DNA of 64,000 bases, taken from sequence record PQ471516.1. The stretch is one strand, 5' to 3'. The position numbers and the translations under genes were made by a program. Below the pieces are notes generated by a model. That model did not search any database. It had not been told where the DNA came from and worked only from the letters and a program-made list of their open reading frames with translations. The first letter of the stretch is position 1. Every line of letters begins with the position of its first letter. This document shows, in pieces, positions 14,068 to 24,533 of this stretch.

Positions 14068-14113
14068 AAGGGGAACTATGTTCCCCTTTCATTGTTTTTT
14101 AAAGTAGTAAATA
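14068..14113 (+). terminator. terminator followed by late-promoter-like TAAATA (14108-14113)
   Basis: AAGGGGAAC/GTTCCCCTT stem. Confidence 0.65.
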
Positions 14114-14150
14114 GTATTATATGTGCTAGTTTTTAAGGATAATATAAAAC

Positions 14151-14726
14151 ATGGATGATTTAAATTATACAGATAATGCAATCCAACAGCTATATGATAA
14201 CACTGGTATGTTAGATATACTATTGGCTGTAGAGAAATACTTTGATGATAATGATTTGTATGCATATCATGGAATCATTGAAGGTGAATTAGTTGAGGGT
14301 CCGATTGTAAGTAAGTACTGGTGTACTGTTACTTTCAAATACTACAGAGAGAATTTCCCTGATCCAACTGCTTTCTCAATTTTGGAAAAGCACGGAACAA
14401 AAGTCTACGTTAAAGCAGACTATGAAATCACTCCTATTAAAGCACCTAACCGTCAGCAAGATATGGAAAGTGTACCTACACAATCTGGTAGTGTTCGTAT
14501 TCCAAAGAACGAAAGAATCCCTGTACTATTAGTTCGTGTACAAATTCCACGTAACCTAATAAATCCAGAAAGTTTTGATGAATATAAATTGATGGCTGCT
14601 GAATTCAATAGCAATCCAATGAATGCACCAGAGCCGGATGTTACTGCTGATGGTGGTGAAGACATTGATTTAGATGTTGATGTACAAGAGCAGGAACAGC
14701 CAAATCAACAAGAGGGTAATATGTAA
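14151..14726 (+). CDS. hypothetical (probably late) protein
   Basis: ORF with SD, downstream of TAAATA. Confidence 0.75.
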   Translation: MDDLNYTDNAIQQLYDNTGMLDILLAVEKYFDDNDLYAYHGIIEGELVEGPIVSKYWCTVTFKYYRENFPDPTAFSILEKHGTKVYVKADYEITPIKAPNRQQDMESVPTQSGSVRIPKNERIPVLLVRVQIPRNLINPESFDEYKLMAAEFNSNPMNAPEPDVTADGGEDIDLDVDVQEQEQPNQQEGNM

Positions 14727-15406
14727 TGAAAAAGAAACTAAATGAACAGGGTCTACGCCCTAAAGTACTTAAAGACTTAATTCATCCTATTATCAGTGTT
14801 GATGAGTATACACCTAAGATTGAAGATGCAAACATTGTTGTTATGTTTCAAGTATTGAATAACTTCGATGCTGCATATGATTTATCCTCCTTTATTGAGA
14901 AGTCACCAATCGACGCAGTGGATACTGAAGCTTCTGAAACTCCAAACCTTGATGGTCGTTATCAGGTGTTTGTTGAGATGGAACGCAGTGGTGAGTTTCC
15001 AGAAAAACTTCTAACATTAATTAAGACAATTGAAAACATTTGTCCAGACCCAGGCTGGAAGATTCAATTATACGGTGTAAACGATCCTATTGATGTAGAC
15101 TTTGATGAAGTTCAGGAACGTATCGATTTGGGTATGCCTGAAAAGATTAGCGAGTTCTTAGACTTTGCTGGTGTATCAGTAATCAAAGAAGGTTCTATGA
15201 TAACACTACAAACCGCGTATGGTGATTTACATTATAGTACTGGTAGTGGTTTCGTAAGTGAATCTTATGTACAATCAAAACTAGCTCAAGATACTAAAGT
15301 GGATACATCCCGTCTAAGTTCTATCTTAGGTGAAAGCTATAGTGTTCTTCGTAGTGGTAATCAATACATTGTTGGTAAAGAAGGGAAATACTTGGTGCTG
15401 CGATGA
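14726..15406 (+). CDS. hypothetical protein
   Basis: Translationally coupled ORF. Confidence 0.75.
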   Translation: MKKKLNEQGLRPKVLKDLIHPIISVDEYTPKIEDANIVVMFQVLNNFDAAYDLSSFIEKSPIDAVDTEASETPNLDGRYQVFVEMERSGEFPEKLLTLIKTIENICPDPGWKIQLYGVNDPIDVDFDEVQERIDLGMPEKISEFLDFAGVSVIKEGSMITLQTAYGDLHYSTGSGFVSESYVQSKLAQDTKVDTSRLSSILGESYSVLRSGNQYIVGKEGKYLVLR

Positions 15407-16221
15407 GAATTTTAAACATGTTAAAATCTCTTCACGAAAGTACCAAACTTCACCAGGATGAGAAGTACAGAAGAAGTACTACAAAAGATTTAGCATGTAG
15501 GATGTATATGCGTAGATTTGAAATATCCAGAATTGGGAAGGGATGGGATGACATAAAGCGTGAAGACATAGATCCAGATGCCATATTCAAAGCTTATATG
15601 GCACGAAAGGTTTTCATAAACGAAAAGACATTTTATATTGACAGTGATAAAGAACTTGAGATAAAATTCACTAAAGGGCTATGGAAGATTTGGAGTTTGG
15701 AGACATTTGGGGAATTGCTCCCTGAACCACCAATCCCTGAAACTTACAGAGAACTGAAAAATATATTTGACAATGGACACATCCATAGTACATACTCTCT
15801 ATATGACACGGTTTCTGAAGCTGTGTTTCATGGAGAGTTGAATGGACATAACCAGTACTTTAAGAGTATGGTTGAATTTGATTTATTCTGTCACTTGCCA
15901 GGTATCTCCAGTTGGACTTCTGACCAGTACAGAGCCAGTAAAATAGACAAGCGTAAGTTCTCTGCACAGCGTTTTATGCAAGCTGCAATGGGTATGTATA
16001 AGCTAGACTATTTGGGCTGTAGTGAGCCATACAAGCACTTCTGGAAGGAACGTGCACAACAGTGTTTGAACTATTGTATAGTACGACTCATGGATGCTTA
16101 CATCCTTAAGTTCAGAAACGCAACAGTGTATGACATGTCTGAGCCACCAAAGAATGAAAAGTACCCTCCTGTGAAGAATTTCGCATGGTACAAGGAAAAG
16201 AGTAACAAAAGGACGCACTAA
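15403..16221 (+). CDS. hypothetical protein
   Basis: Coupled ORF (ATGA overlap). Confidence 0.7.
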   Translation: MRILNMLKSLHESTKLHQDEKYRRSTTKDLACRMYMRRFEISRIGKGWDDIKREDIDPDAIFKAYMARKVFINEKTFYIDSDKELEIKFTKGLWKIWSLETFGELLPEPPIPETYRELKNIFDNGHIHSTYSLYDTVSEAVFHGELNGHNQYFKSMVEFDLFCHLPGISSWTSDQYRASKIDKRKFSAQRFMQAAMGMYKLDYLGCSEPYKHFWKERAQQCLNYCIVRLMDAYILKFRNATVYDMSEPPKNEKYPPVKNFAWYKEKSNKRTH

Positions 16222-16275
16222 TGTGCGTCTTTTTTTCATTTCAGGGTTGACATACAAATGAGTAGTATGTATACT
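16211..16275 (+). promoter_or_regulatory. terminator plus sigma70 promoter
   Basis: GGACGCAC/GTGCGTCT plus T tract; TTGACA (16247)-17 nt-TATACT. Confidence 0.75.
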
Positions 16276-16313
16276 CTTTTATATCGAAAAACATTTAATC
16301 TATAAGAGGTCTG

Positions 16314-17438
16314 GTGATGAAAGGTAAATTCTTCTTCATTGAAAATGGCAGAGAAATTGAGATTCAAGAGTTTGATTATGACTATGTTCTGAATAGCTTA
16401 CTTGCTAATTATAAATGGTCAGGTACTAATACTTACACTTATAATGTAATTGTAAGTCGTACCTATGATTCATTGGGTAATCCACATTATGATACAAGGA
16501 ATCTCCCGTTAAATCAGATTTACTTTAACAATCGCAATCTATCTATTTTTGATATTATGCGAGATGAAATCCATTTCAAAAAACTTACAATTCGCAATCT
16601 CCCTTTACCGCCACTAGAGAAAGAATATCGTGAGTGGAAAGAAGGTCGTATTGTAAGGAAAAAAGTGGACAACACTCAAGTGGCTGTACCTGCACCTGTA
16701 GTGTTACAGAAAAAGAAATTAGATCCTGCTGACCCACGCCTTGCGGATATTGATTCTTGGATTAACTATCCAGATTCAGTGAAGCCGGATTCTACCAAAG
16801 TACTGGACTGGTTTGTAAACCTACCAGTGTGTGCACAAGAAGTTGGTACAAAGATTCAAAAACTGTCAGAACGCCAGATGGATTTGAACTCTGCATTGCA
16901 TCAACACAGTGATTATATTCGTTTACTCATGAATAACCTCACTACTGCACTGGAGAAGTTGTTCCCATTGAAGCCGTCTTTCACCCAAAAGCTTTTTGGT
17001 AAAACGGATATCAAAGTATCATCCGACGATCTACCAAAAGTTATGAAAGCACTAAACGAAGCAGTGAAGTACGATACTAATAAGTTTAGTGGTTTAGAAA
17101 AGCTGTTCGATGAAATTAAAACTGAAGCAGCAAGTGTTAAAGAAGAACTGGAATATGGTAAACTCGGATGTGAGTATGCTTTGCGTCGTGTTGACGACCC
17201 ATTCGAGTATGAATTAACACAAGAACGAATCATGAAGATGAGCATCATCTCGTCCATGACAGAAACGAGTATCCTTACTGATAGTAAACAATATCAGATT
17301 GATATGAACCGTATGATTGATATTCAAACGACCACAATTCCTTTGATTATCATGCGTTTACGTTCACAGTTAGGCAAAGCAGTAGATGAGAATACTGCTG
17401 ATATTATTCGTAACTTAGCTTACGGTAATAAAGAATAA
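16314..17438 (+). CDS. coiled-coil protein, possible TelA-like paralog
   Basis: Helical C-terminal half with FTQKLFG motif; adjacent to telA. Confidence 0.4.
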   Translation: MMKGKFFFIENGREIEIQEFDYDYVLNSLLANYKWSGTNTYTYNVIVSRTYDSLGNPHYDTRNLPLNQIYFNNRNLSIFDIMRDEIHFKKLTIRNLPLPPLEKEYREWKEGRIVRKKVDNTQVAVPAPVVLQKKKLDPADPRLADIDSWINYPDSVKPDSTKVLDWFVNLPVCAQEVGTKIQKLSERQMDLNSALHQHSDYIRLLMNNLTTALEKLFPLKPSFTQKLFGKTDIKVSSDDLPKVMKALNEAVKYDTNKFSGLEKLFDEIKTEAASVKEELEYGKLGCEYALRRVDDPFEYELTQERIMKMSIISSMTETSILTDSKQYQIDMNRMIDIQTTTIPLIIMRLRSQLGKAVDENTADIIRNLAYGNKE

Positions 17439-17446
17439 AATAACTG

Positions 17447-17475
17447 TTGACAACCCTAGGTGCTGTGCGTATAAT
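17447..17475 (+). promoter_or_regulatory. sigma70 promoter
   Basis: TTGACA-17 nt-TATAAT. Confidence 0.8.
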
Positions 17476-17522
17476 GTTTATCACTGAGCAGCACTTATCT
17501 TAACTTAAATGAGGAATACATA

Positions 17523-18656
17523 ATGTCCGAGAAAGAAATCAACCCTAAAAAATCAACTGCTAAAGCCGCTAAAACTGTACGTCGCACGACCAAAGCAAAA
17601 GGTAATACTTTTGATTCGAGTGATATCTTTGAACAGACAACTAAATCTCTACCAGTACTGAAAGATGCCAAAGGCAACAGCATGTCTCTTACCGTTGAGA
17701 ACATCAATACCATCGGTACTTCTGCTGGTGCAAACGTTGGTCGCTTGGCAGACCAGATTATGTCTAAAGTGAACGTAACTGATGACAACTCTGAGTTTGG
17801 TCAGTCCATTACTACTATTCTGTCTCTGACCCGTGCTGTTGATATTGACAGTCTTCAGGATGATAAGTCCATCGTTGGTTGGGTACGTAAACTCTTTGTT
17901 AATGCTAAACAGAAAGTTGGCGACCAGTACAAAAACAGTAAAGAGCAGATTGATGAAATCATGAACACTCTCCAGACTGGCATTAACCGTCAACATGGTG
18001 AATGTGAGTGGCTTGATACTGCTTACAATGAAAACAAAAACTACCTTTTCGAACTGCGTGATACCTTAGCAGAACTGGAAGTAGTAACCAAGTCACAAGA
18101 TGAACGACTAACTGAAATGCAAGCAGATAGCGAAACTGATACCTTCGCAATCCAAGAGCAGAAGATGATCTGTGAAGCACTGTCTAAGCAGGAAGATAAG
18201 ATTCGTCGTCTGATTATCATGTGTGAGCTAAGTGCTCCACGTCTGATGAGCATGAAGAAAGTAAACCTGAACACTGTTTCTAAGTTTGAAGATCTGAAAT
18301 CTGTTGTTATTCCAGCATGGAAATCCCAACTGGCAGAGCAGTTGATTTCTGAACGTCAACGTAAAGACAATGAATTGGGTAATTTGATTGATAACGAAAC
18401 TAACCGTTTGTTGGAAGTCAACTCTAAGATGGTAGCAACTAACATGCTAGATGCTGCTAAAGCAAATAACCGTGGTATTGTGGATATCAAAACATTGCGT
18501 AACGTACATAAAACTACAATCGACGGCATCGAAGCTGTACTGATTGAAGAGAAGAAAGGCAAAGAAGAACGTGAGCGTGCTAAAGTTGAGCTACTACAGC
18601 TTTCTCATGACCTCGAAAACACTCTGCGTGAAATTGCAGATAAATCTAACAAATAA
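17523..18656 (+). CDS. telA: toxic anion (tellurite) resistance protein TelA family
   Basis: WVRKLF....KV..QY.....QID.I...L, VIPAWKSQL, NRGIVDIKTL. Confidence 0.8.
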   Translation: MSEKEINPKKSTAKAAKTVRRTTKAKGNTFDSSDIFEQTTKSLPVLKDAKGNSMSLTVENINTIGTSAGANVGRLADQIMSKVNVTDDNSEFGQSITTILSLTRAVDIDSLQDDKSIVGWVRKLFVNAKQKVGDQYKNSKEQIDEIMNTLQTGINRQHGECEWLDTAYNENKNYLFELRDTLAELEVVTKSQDERLTEMQADSETDTFAIQEQKMICEALSKQEDKIRRLIIMCELSAPRLMSMKKVNLNTVSKFEDLKSVVIPAWKSQLAEQLISERQRKDNELGNLIDNETNRLLEVNSKMVATNMLDAAKANNRGIVDIKTLRNVHKTTIDGIEAVLIEEKKGKEERERAKVELLQLSHDLENTLREIADKSNK

Positions 18657-18659
18657 TAG

Positions 18660-18716
18660 TTGACACTAAGGTGCGTTTCAAATATAATACTCTTATTGAA
18701 ACGCACCTTCTTTTTT
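18660..18716 (+). promoter_or_regulatory. sigma70 promoter inside a 14-bp inverted repeat/terminator
   Basis: TTGACA-17 nt-TATAAT; AAGGTGCGTTTCAA/TTGAAACGCACCTT then T tract. Confidence 0.8.
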
Positions 18717-18738
18717 AAATTAATGAAAGGATAAAATA

Positions 18739-19425
18739 ATGAAACGTCGTCATGTTGCAGTTGATATCGAATGTTTAGGCACACCAGAAAACTCCGGTTA
18801 TGACATTATTATTCCTAACTATGCAGTTGTTATGGTTCCATCCAAACCAACTCACAACATCACTAATTTTTTCTATGTTAAACAGCCTTACCACGCACAG
18901 GTAAATGCTGGTTTGAAATCCGATGCTTCCGCTATGAGCTTTTGGATGAACAAATGTGCTAAAGAGTATCCAGGTGCTTATGAAGAAGTAGCCAGTACTA
19001 TGGATTTGGCAACTGCTGAAATCTACACCTCAAATGGTAAAGCGAAGAAAATCTTTCCAAATGATTTGATTGCAGAATTTTGGGATGAATTGCGTTATCA
19101 TTATGGTGAAGAAGTTCCACATTCGGTATGGGGTAATGGTTGCCACTTCGATTGTAGTATCCTTGAAGCTAACCATCGCAAACTGTACGGCAAAACCGGA
19201 ATGTGGAGTTACGATGCACCAGATAATGCTCGCACTATTAAACGCTTACTGAATGATGCAGCACGTCAGGAAATGGATGAAATTGTGGCAGTACAGTTAC
19301 CTAAATTTGTACAGTTCGCAGAATCCTGTGATGTTAAGGGTTTAGAGCTACATCATCCACTGTTTGATGCTGCACGTGAAGCAATTCAGATTTCTTACTG
19401 TCTCAATAAATTGAAATTGGATTAA
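18739..19425 (+). CDS. DEDDh 3'-5' exonuclease
   Basis: VDIECLG, WGNGCHFDCSIL, HHPLFDA. Confidence 0.8.
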   Translation: MKRRHVAVDIECLGTPENSGYDIIIPNYAVVMVPSKPTHNITNFFYVKQPYHAQVNAGLKSDASAMSFWMNKCAKEYPGAYEEVASTMDLATAEIYTSNGKAKKIFPNDLIAEFWDELRYHYGEEVPHSVWGNGCHFDCSILEANHRKLYGKTGMWSYDAPDNARTIKRLLNDAARQEMDEIVAVQLPKFVQFAESCDVKGLELHHPLFDAAREAIQISYCLNKLKLD

Positions 19426-19429
19426 TACG

Positions 19430-20524
19430 ATGAATTTTGTTATCTTACTGATTCCGTCTTTGATTGTTGTTCTGGTTATGAAGTACATGTACGACCACAC
19501 TATCAGTACTAAAGAGTTTTTCATTCATCTTGGTTCTTGTGTCGTGGGTGCATTATTGGTTCTTTGTGTTTCATATGCCATCAACTACAGTCAGCTTCAT
19601 GATGTTGAAATCCTTAATGGACATGTAACATCAAAATACAACCACACTGAGTTCTGCACACCTAGTAGTTCATGTAAGCACTATACTTGGCATAAGAAGT
19701 GTCATACCAGTTATGATAGTAAGGGTAGAACACATCGTGAGTGTGAATCATATAAGGTCTTTGATTATTCATACGAAGTTGATTGGTACGTTGACAGTAC
19801 TGTAGGTAAGTTTGAAATTGAACGCGTGAACCGTCAAGGAACAATGACTCCACCAAGATGGAGTGTAGTTAAGATTGGTGATTATGCCGCCGCAGAGCAT
19901 AACTACATCAACTATCTATTTGCTGATGAGCATTCATTGTTTAGCGAAAAACAAATTACTGAAGTATACGACCCTGAATACTTAGAACGTATTCCGACCT
20001 ATCCATCGATTAGTAATTATTATAAAACATACCATGTTATTAATAAAACTAATTATGATGTATCTGGTTTGAATGAGTATTTGATTGAAGAACTCAAAAC
20101 AATGGGGGAACGTAAACAAGTAAACATTCAAGTACTAGTGTATCCTTACCTTGATGTGAACTTTGTTGATGCTACATTATCTGCATGGCGTGGTGGTAAG
20201 AAGAACGATGTGATTATGTTCTTTGGTATTGATGGTGATGGTACAGTGAAGAAATTTGATAGTACTTCATTCGCTAAAGGTATGAATAACGAAGACCTGC
20301 ATTCTCAAATGCGTATGGATTCGTTAAATGAGAAATTATCGCTTGACTTGTTGAAGGTTCAGGTGCATAATATTGATACAAAGTTCCAGAGACTATCCAA
20401 TCAAGAATTTGAATATCTCTCTGTAAAAATGGAACCACGTAAGGATGTTATGATTATCGCTTCATTCATCCTAATGCTACTGTCAATCGTAATTGGTAAT
20501 TACATGAGGAAAGTTGATTTATGA
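19430..20524 (+). CDS. membrane protein (2 N-terminal and 1 C-terminal TM)
   Basis: Hydrophobic segments; AWRGGKKNDVI motif. Confidence 0.7.
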   Translation: MNFVILLIPSLIVVLVMKYMYDHTISTKEFFIHLGSCVVGALLVLCVSYAINYSQLHDVEILNGHVTSKYNHTEFCTPSSSCKHYTWHKKCHTSYDSKGRTHRECESYKVFDYSYEVDWYVDSTVGKFEIERVNRQGTMTPPRWSVVKIGDYAAAEHNYINYLFADEHSLFSEKQITEVYDPEYLERIPTYPSISNYYKTYHVINKTNYDVSGLNEYLIEELKTMGERKQVNIQVLVYPYLDVNFVDATLSAWRGGKKNDVIMFFGIDGDGTVKKFDSTSFAKGMNNEDLHSQMRMDSLNEKLSLDLLKVQVHNIDTKFQRLSNQEFEYLSVKMEPRKDVMIIASFILMLLSIVIGNYMRKVDL

Positions 20525-21075
20525 ATACTAAAGTAATGGTACTGCTGGGCTTCTTGGTTGTTGTTATGATTGGTTGTTTTGGCGTAGTAAGTATGTTTAC
20601 TGGTGCTCATGACCGTGCCGTTGAGTTTGAAGGAAACATTAAGAAATACTATGATGCTTCCGAAAGTCAACTAAGTAATTACACACTGAAAATCCAAGAG
20701 AAAAACCAAATTGCTGATAAGTACAAAAACGCACTAAAAGATACTATTGAAGCATATTTCCGTGGACGTGAAGGTGTTGACCAGAAATTTGTAATGTCAC
20801 AGATTCAGCAACAGATTCCAAATCTTGATCCTAAGATTTATCAAGAAATGATGGTTACAATTGATGCAGGTCGTGATAAATTCAACAACCTCCAGAAAAT
20901 GAAAATTGACCAGTGTACCGATTATGAAAAATTCCGTAAAGGGTTCTGGAACTCCAAACTTCTAGATACCGCTGTGTTCCCTGGAAAAGACATTGAGCAT
21001 CTATGTACTGTAGTTTCTGATGTACGAACTAAGAAAGCAATGCAAACTGGTATTCAAGAAGTAATTAAACTGTAA
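20521..21075 (+). CDS. membrane-anchored coiled-coil protein (LemA-like architecture)
   Basis: N-terminal TM then helical domain; coupled to the previous gene. Confidence 0.55.
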   Translation: MNTKVMVLLGFLVVVMIGCFGVVSMFTGAHDRAVEFEGNIKKYYDASESQLSNYTLKIQEKNQIADKYKNALKDTIEAYFRGREGVDQKFVMSQIQQQIPNLDPKIYQEMMVTIDAGRDKFNNLQKMKIDQCTDYEKFRKGFWNSKLLDTAVFPGKDIEHLCTVVSDVRTKKAMQTGIQEVIKL

Positions 21076-21083
21076 CTAATGTT

Positions 21084-21108
21084 GGGAGTTCATTGTGAAC
21101 TCCCTTTA
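21084..21108 (+). terminator. rho-independent terminator
   Basis: GGGAGTTCA/TGAACTCCC. Confidence 0.65.
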
Positions 21109-21122
21109 CTATAGGTGAATGT

Positions 21123-21716
21123 ATGTTTTTTAAAGAAACTCTAGAAGTGTTTGATATTGTCAAAGCATTGTATTACAGTAATAATATGGTAGAATGTATC
21201 TTACCATATGAATATAGTAATGATGCTGGACACAGTTTACGCATTGAATCGGTTAATGGTTTTCACGGATACTATCAGTTTACCAAAAAACTTTCAGTAC
21301 CGGAACATACCGTTCAAAAGCCACTAGGCCAGCATGTACACTCTATTCCCAATCCAATTACCAATACCAATAACATATCAATATCAGGTGGAATCGCGTT
21401 TAATACAGTGACTACACCACAACGCTATACTATTAAAGTTAAAGTTGATAGAAATTTACGAACTTTATTAAGTGTTGATTGGTATGAATTAAAAGGTACG
21501 GGTTATTATATTAATAGTAATGGAACGGCTGTTGCAACTGATGGTAACTTAATCGCATCTGCATTATATCTAGGTGAATCAACTATAGTTGATGGTGTAT
21601 TATATGGTAATGATTCAGCCGAAGCATTTTTGAAAGATGTAGCCAGTGATGATAAAATAAGTATTCTTTCACTTATTAATCTACGTAAGGATGCAGATGA
21701 AATATTTAAAAAATGA
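21123..21716 (+). CDS. hypothetical protein
   Basis: ORF with SD. Confidence 0.7.
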   Translation: MFFKETLEVFDIVKALYYSNNMVECILPYEYSNDAGHSLRIESVNGFHGYYQFTKKLSVPEHTVQKPLGQHVHSIPNPITNTNNISISGGIAFNTVTTPQRYTIKVKVDRNLRTLLSVDWYELKGTGYYINSNGTAVATDGNLIASALYLGESTIVDGVLYGNDSAEAFLKDVASDDKISILSLINLRKDADEIFKK

Positions 21717-22296
21717 ATATAAGCATCAAGAAATACTAAAAACAGTAGAACAACAAGTTAATGCGGATTTAATGAAACTTAGTAATTTTGATCTTACTAT
21801 ATTTCATTATCTTGAATTGGAAAATCAGTACGATTCATTTAATATTACCGTACATCCTAATAAGATTGTTGCAAAAAGCAAATTATATTACCCAGTAAAA
21901 GTTACTGAACTGAAATATAATAGTCCTTATATTAATCATATAGGTGCTATTGCTAATGCAAAATCTTATAATACTAATTCTTGGATATCCAACACAATAC
22001 AACAATCAATGCAATCTAAAAGCCAACAGACTTTCGATACAACTGTAAAAATAAAATACGAATACATTTTTGATACAGATGGTGTTTTTATGGGGTATAG
22101 TGTATTTGAAAATGTCGATGAGATGATACACCAGATCGTACTTGGTAAACATAAAGTTTTCGTAGATGCAGAGTGGTATCAGTACGAGGATTTCCGAGCA
22201 GTTGCATTTCAGAAAACATTAGTGCAAGATGAAGCATTCTCTCTATTATTTGTTTGTGATATTATTTCCACACTAAGAGGTGACTTATGTATTTGA
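21697..22296 (+). CDS. hypothetical protein (possible diverged EExFFQxS member)
   Basis: AFQKTLVQDE near the C-terminus. Confidence 0.6.
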   Translation: MKYLKNEYKHQEILKTVEQQVNADLMKLSNFDLTIFHYLELENQYDSFNITVHPNKIVAKSKLYYPVKVTELKYNSPYINHIGAIANAKSYNTNSWISNTIQQSMQSKSQQTFDTTVKIKYEYIFDTDGVFMGYSVFENVDEMIHQIVLGKHKVFVDAEWYQYEDFRAVAFQKTLVQDEAFSLLFVCDIISTLRGDLCI

Positions 22297-22634
22297 TTGT
22301 TGTAGGAATTTTTTTAGTACTTTCTATCATTGCAGTTAAATTGGCTGCTGTAGTTCGTTCTAAGTTAGTTGTAGGTGAAGATGGTTCAGTACTGGATTTT
22401 GTTATGGACTATCCAAAAACGTGTGCTATAATTGTACTTGTATTCCAGTTGTTTGGTGCATTTACAGTACGCCATCATCTATACAATTTATATGATTGTA
22501 GTGTTCGCTCTGCATCACAAGGTGTAGAAACAGATTACAGTTGGTACTATGAGAAGTGCCGATTCAAAAACCAACATGGTATTTGGGTTGACTTTGATAA
22601 ATTACGAGGAACACCATCTGGTGAAGAAGAATAA
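22287..22634 (+). CDS. membrane protein
   Basis: Two hydrophobic helices. Confidence 0.7.
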   Translation: MYLIVVGIFLVLSIIAVKLAAVVRSKLVVGEDGSVLDFVMDYPKTCAIIVLVFQLFGAFTVRHHLYNLYDCSVRSASQGVETDYSWYYEKCRFKNQHGIWVDFDKLRGTPSGEEE

Positions 22635-23116
22635 TGTTTGAATTCCCTGAAGAAGAAAAGAATTACATCGATGCTACTGATGACGGTTATCGTCACATTA
22701 ACATCTATAGTAAAGCGAAAACTAAACTTGGAAGGGATCTATCAAACTTTTCTAATCATAGCTTTAGACTAGAACCTTATGGTTGGTTCCCTTCAGTAGA
22801 GACATTCTACTTCTGGTTCTTAACAGGACAGAAGCATGATGACCTACGTAAAGTATCAGGAGCATCGGCAAAAGCTGCTGCTAACAAGTACATGCATGAC
22901 CGCATTGAGATGACAGATGAATGTATATCTATCATCCAGGATGCTATTTGTGCAAAGATAATGCAAAATCCAGAATTAGCTGAACGCTTAAGTAAGAGTA
23001 AATTACCATTTTGTCATTACTATGTGTACGCTGGGAAAGTTGTAGATGTTTCTGGTGAGCACTCATGGTTTGTTCAGACGTTCGAAGACATTAGAACCGC
23101 ATTGAGGGAATTATGA
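22634..23116 (+). CDS. NADAR-like protein
   Basis: LSNFS....F......FPSVETFY...D+R..SG..AK pattern resembles NADAR. Confidence 0.5.
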   Translation: MFEFPEEEKNYIDATDDGYRHINIYSKAKTKLGRDLSNFSNHSFRLEPYGWFPSVETFYFWFLTGQKHDDLRKVSGASAKAAANKYMHDRIEMTDECISIIQDAICAKIMQNPELAERLSKSKLPFCHYYVYAGKVVDVSGEHSWFVQTFEDIRTALREL

Positions 23117-23382
23117 GTAAATTATTCAGTAAACGAGGATGCTGGTGTTGTTATGCATCCGATGTTCACTATGAAATTGTCTTAGAAGTTATTAAGAGAA
23201 ATGTATACATTGCGACGAACAAGAGACTCTTATTTCCTGTATTAAAATACCAATGTTTATGTGAGGAATGTTTTGCTGATGGGGTCATGAATGAAGTTGT
23301 AAGTATTACTAATGAATGGGTTGACGTTTACTTTGAAGATTATCTATCAGATATCCACGATTATATTTTAAGGAACAAGTGA
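23113..23382 (+). CDS. hypothetical protein (CxxC pairs)
   Basis: CWCC and CEEC. Confidence 0.65.
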   Translation: MSKLFSKRGCWCCYASDVHYEIVLEVIKRNVYIATNKRLLFPVLKYQCLCEECFADGVMNEVVSITNEWVDVYFEDYLSDIHDYILRNK

Positions 23383-23621
23383 TGCCAGAAAAACTATTCA
23401 ACACTTACGACTATGAAAACCTACTGAATCCAAGCAATGACAGTACTGTTAAGATGAACATGTATTGGATTGTTAAAAATGGAAAAGTATTTCAGCACAA
23501 GATTACCAAAGTATGGCAATGTAATGCCAATAAAATTATTGTGCAATGCATTTCTAATGAATTCCCAGGCACTGAAGTGGTTTTCATGCCGTATGCATAT
23601 GTACCAAAGGAAAAATTATGA
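23379..23621 (+). CDS. hypothetical protein
   Basis: Coupled ORF. Confidence 0.65.
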   Translation: MMPEKLFNTYDYENLLNPSNDSTVKMNMYWIVKNGKVFQHKITKVWQCNANKIIVQCISNEFPGTEVVFMPYAYVPKEKL

Positions 23622-23776
23622 AAACGATGTTGACATTATTCTTATTACCACTTATAATGATTGTATTGGCGATTGGTGTTCCACAAACGTATGTGGTACA
23701 ATTAAATATAATTGAGATTATATTGTTCGTGGTGCATTGTTTATTATGCCGTAGTTATGTCAAGAAGAGGGCTTAA
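23618..23776 (+). CDS. 52-aa two-TM microprotein (not in ORF track)
   Basis: MKTMLTLFLLPLIMIVLAIG...; ATGA and TAATG coupling on both sides. Confidence 0.65.
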   Translation: MKTMLTLFLLPLIMIVLAIGVPQTYVVQLNIIEIILFVVHCLLCRSYVKKRA

Positions 23777-24198
23777 TGAAATACTTTAAAACACAATTGG
23801 TTGTCAGTTCAGGAAAATCGCCGTGGGAGTTCTATGAAGTTCCAGACGATTGGGACGAAGAATATTTAAAAGATTATGTACTTGAAGTAAATCAATGGGT
23901 TTACAACGCTGAATGTTTCACGTATAATGCAGTTGAAATCACAGAAACAGATTATCGTTTCGGTGTACAGGCGATACAGTACTACGCTTCTGATAGCAAG
24001 ATGCTACAAGAGAACGTATTCCCTGTAAGAGAATGGGCGATTCTGCTTGCAAATCCGAATAAACCTGTTAGAATAGGTTATCCAAATATGCATCAGGTAT
24101 ATCGTATGAATGACAAACGTGAATTAAGTTATCAGTACGATTACAATGCTGCTAAATTTGGAATTCTTAAACAATTTCAAAAGGCATACCCAGTATGA
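23776..24198 (+). CDS. hypothetical protein
   Basis: Coupled ORF with SD. Confidence 0.7.
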   Translation: MKYFKTQLVVSSGKSPWEFYEVPDDWDEEYLKDYVLEVNQWVYNAECFTYNAVEITETDYRFGVQAIQYYASDSKMLQENVFPVREWAILLANPNKPVRIGYPNMHQVYRMNDKRELSYQYDYNAAKFGILKQFQKAYPV

Positions 24199-24533
24199 AA
24201 GAAGTAGAAAGTAAAGAGTGGATTGTTCGTTGCCACTGCCATGACAAATCTGACCATGTTATTCATATTGCACAATATGACTTGACAGATGAGCACGGTG
24301 ATGATAAAATGGGTCAATGTGTTATCACAACTCGTTTAGACCCACGAGCAGGATTATTTAAAAGAGCATGGATTGCGTTGAAGTATATGTTTGGTGTTGG
24401 GTGTTATCAGTACGTTGAAACAATAATTGATGTTGACATTCTGAAAGAAGTCGTGTTACAATTAGAAGATAAACGAACTGATGACGAAAAAAAGGATGAC
24501 CGCAGTTGTCGAACTGAAGTGAAAGTTTTATGA
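24195..24533 (+). CDS. hypothetical protein
   Basis: Coupled ORF. Confidence 0.7.
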   Translation: MKEVESKEWIVRCHCHDKSDHVIHIAQYDLTDEHGDDKMGQCVITTRLDPRAGLFKRAWIALKYMFGVGCYQYVETIIDVDILKEVVLQLEDKRTDDEKKDDRSCRTEVKVL

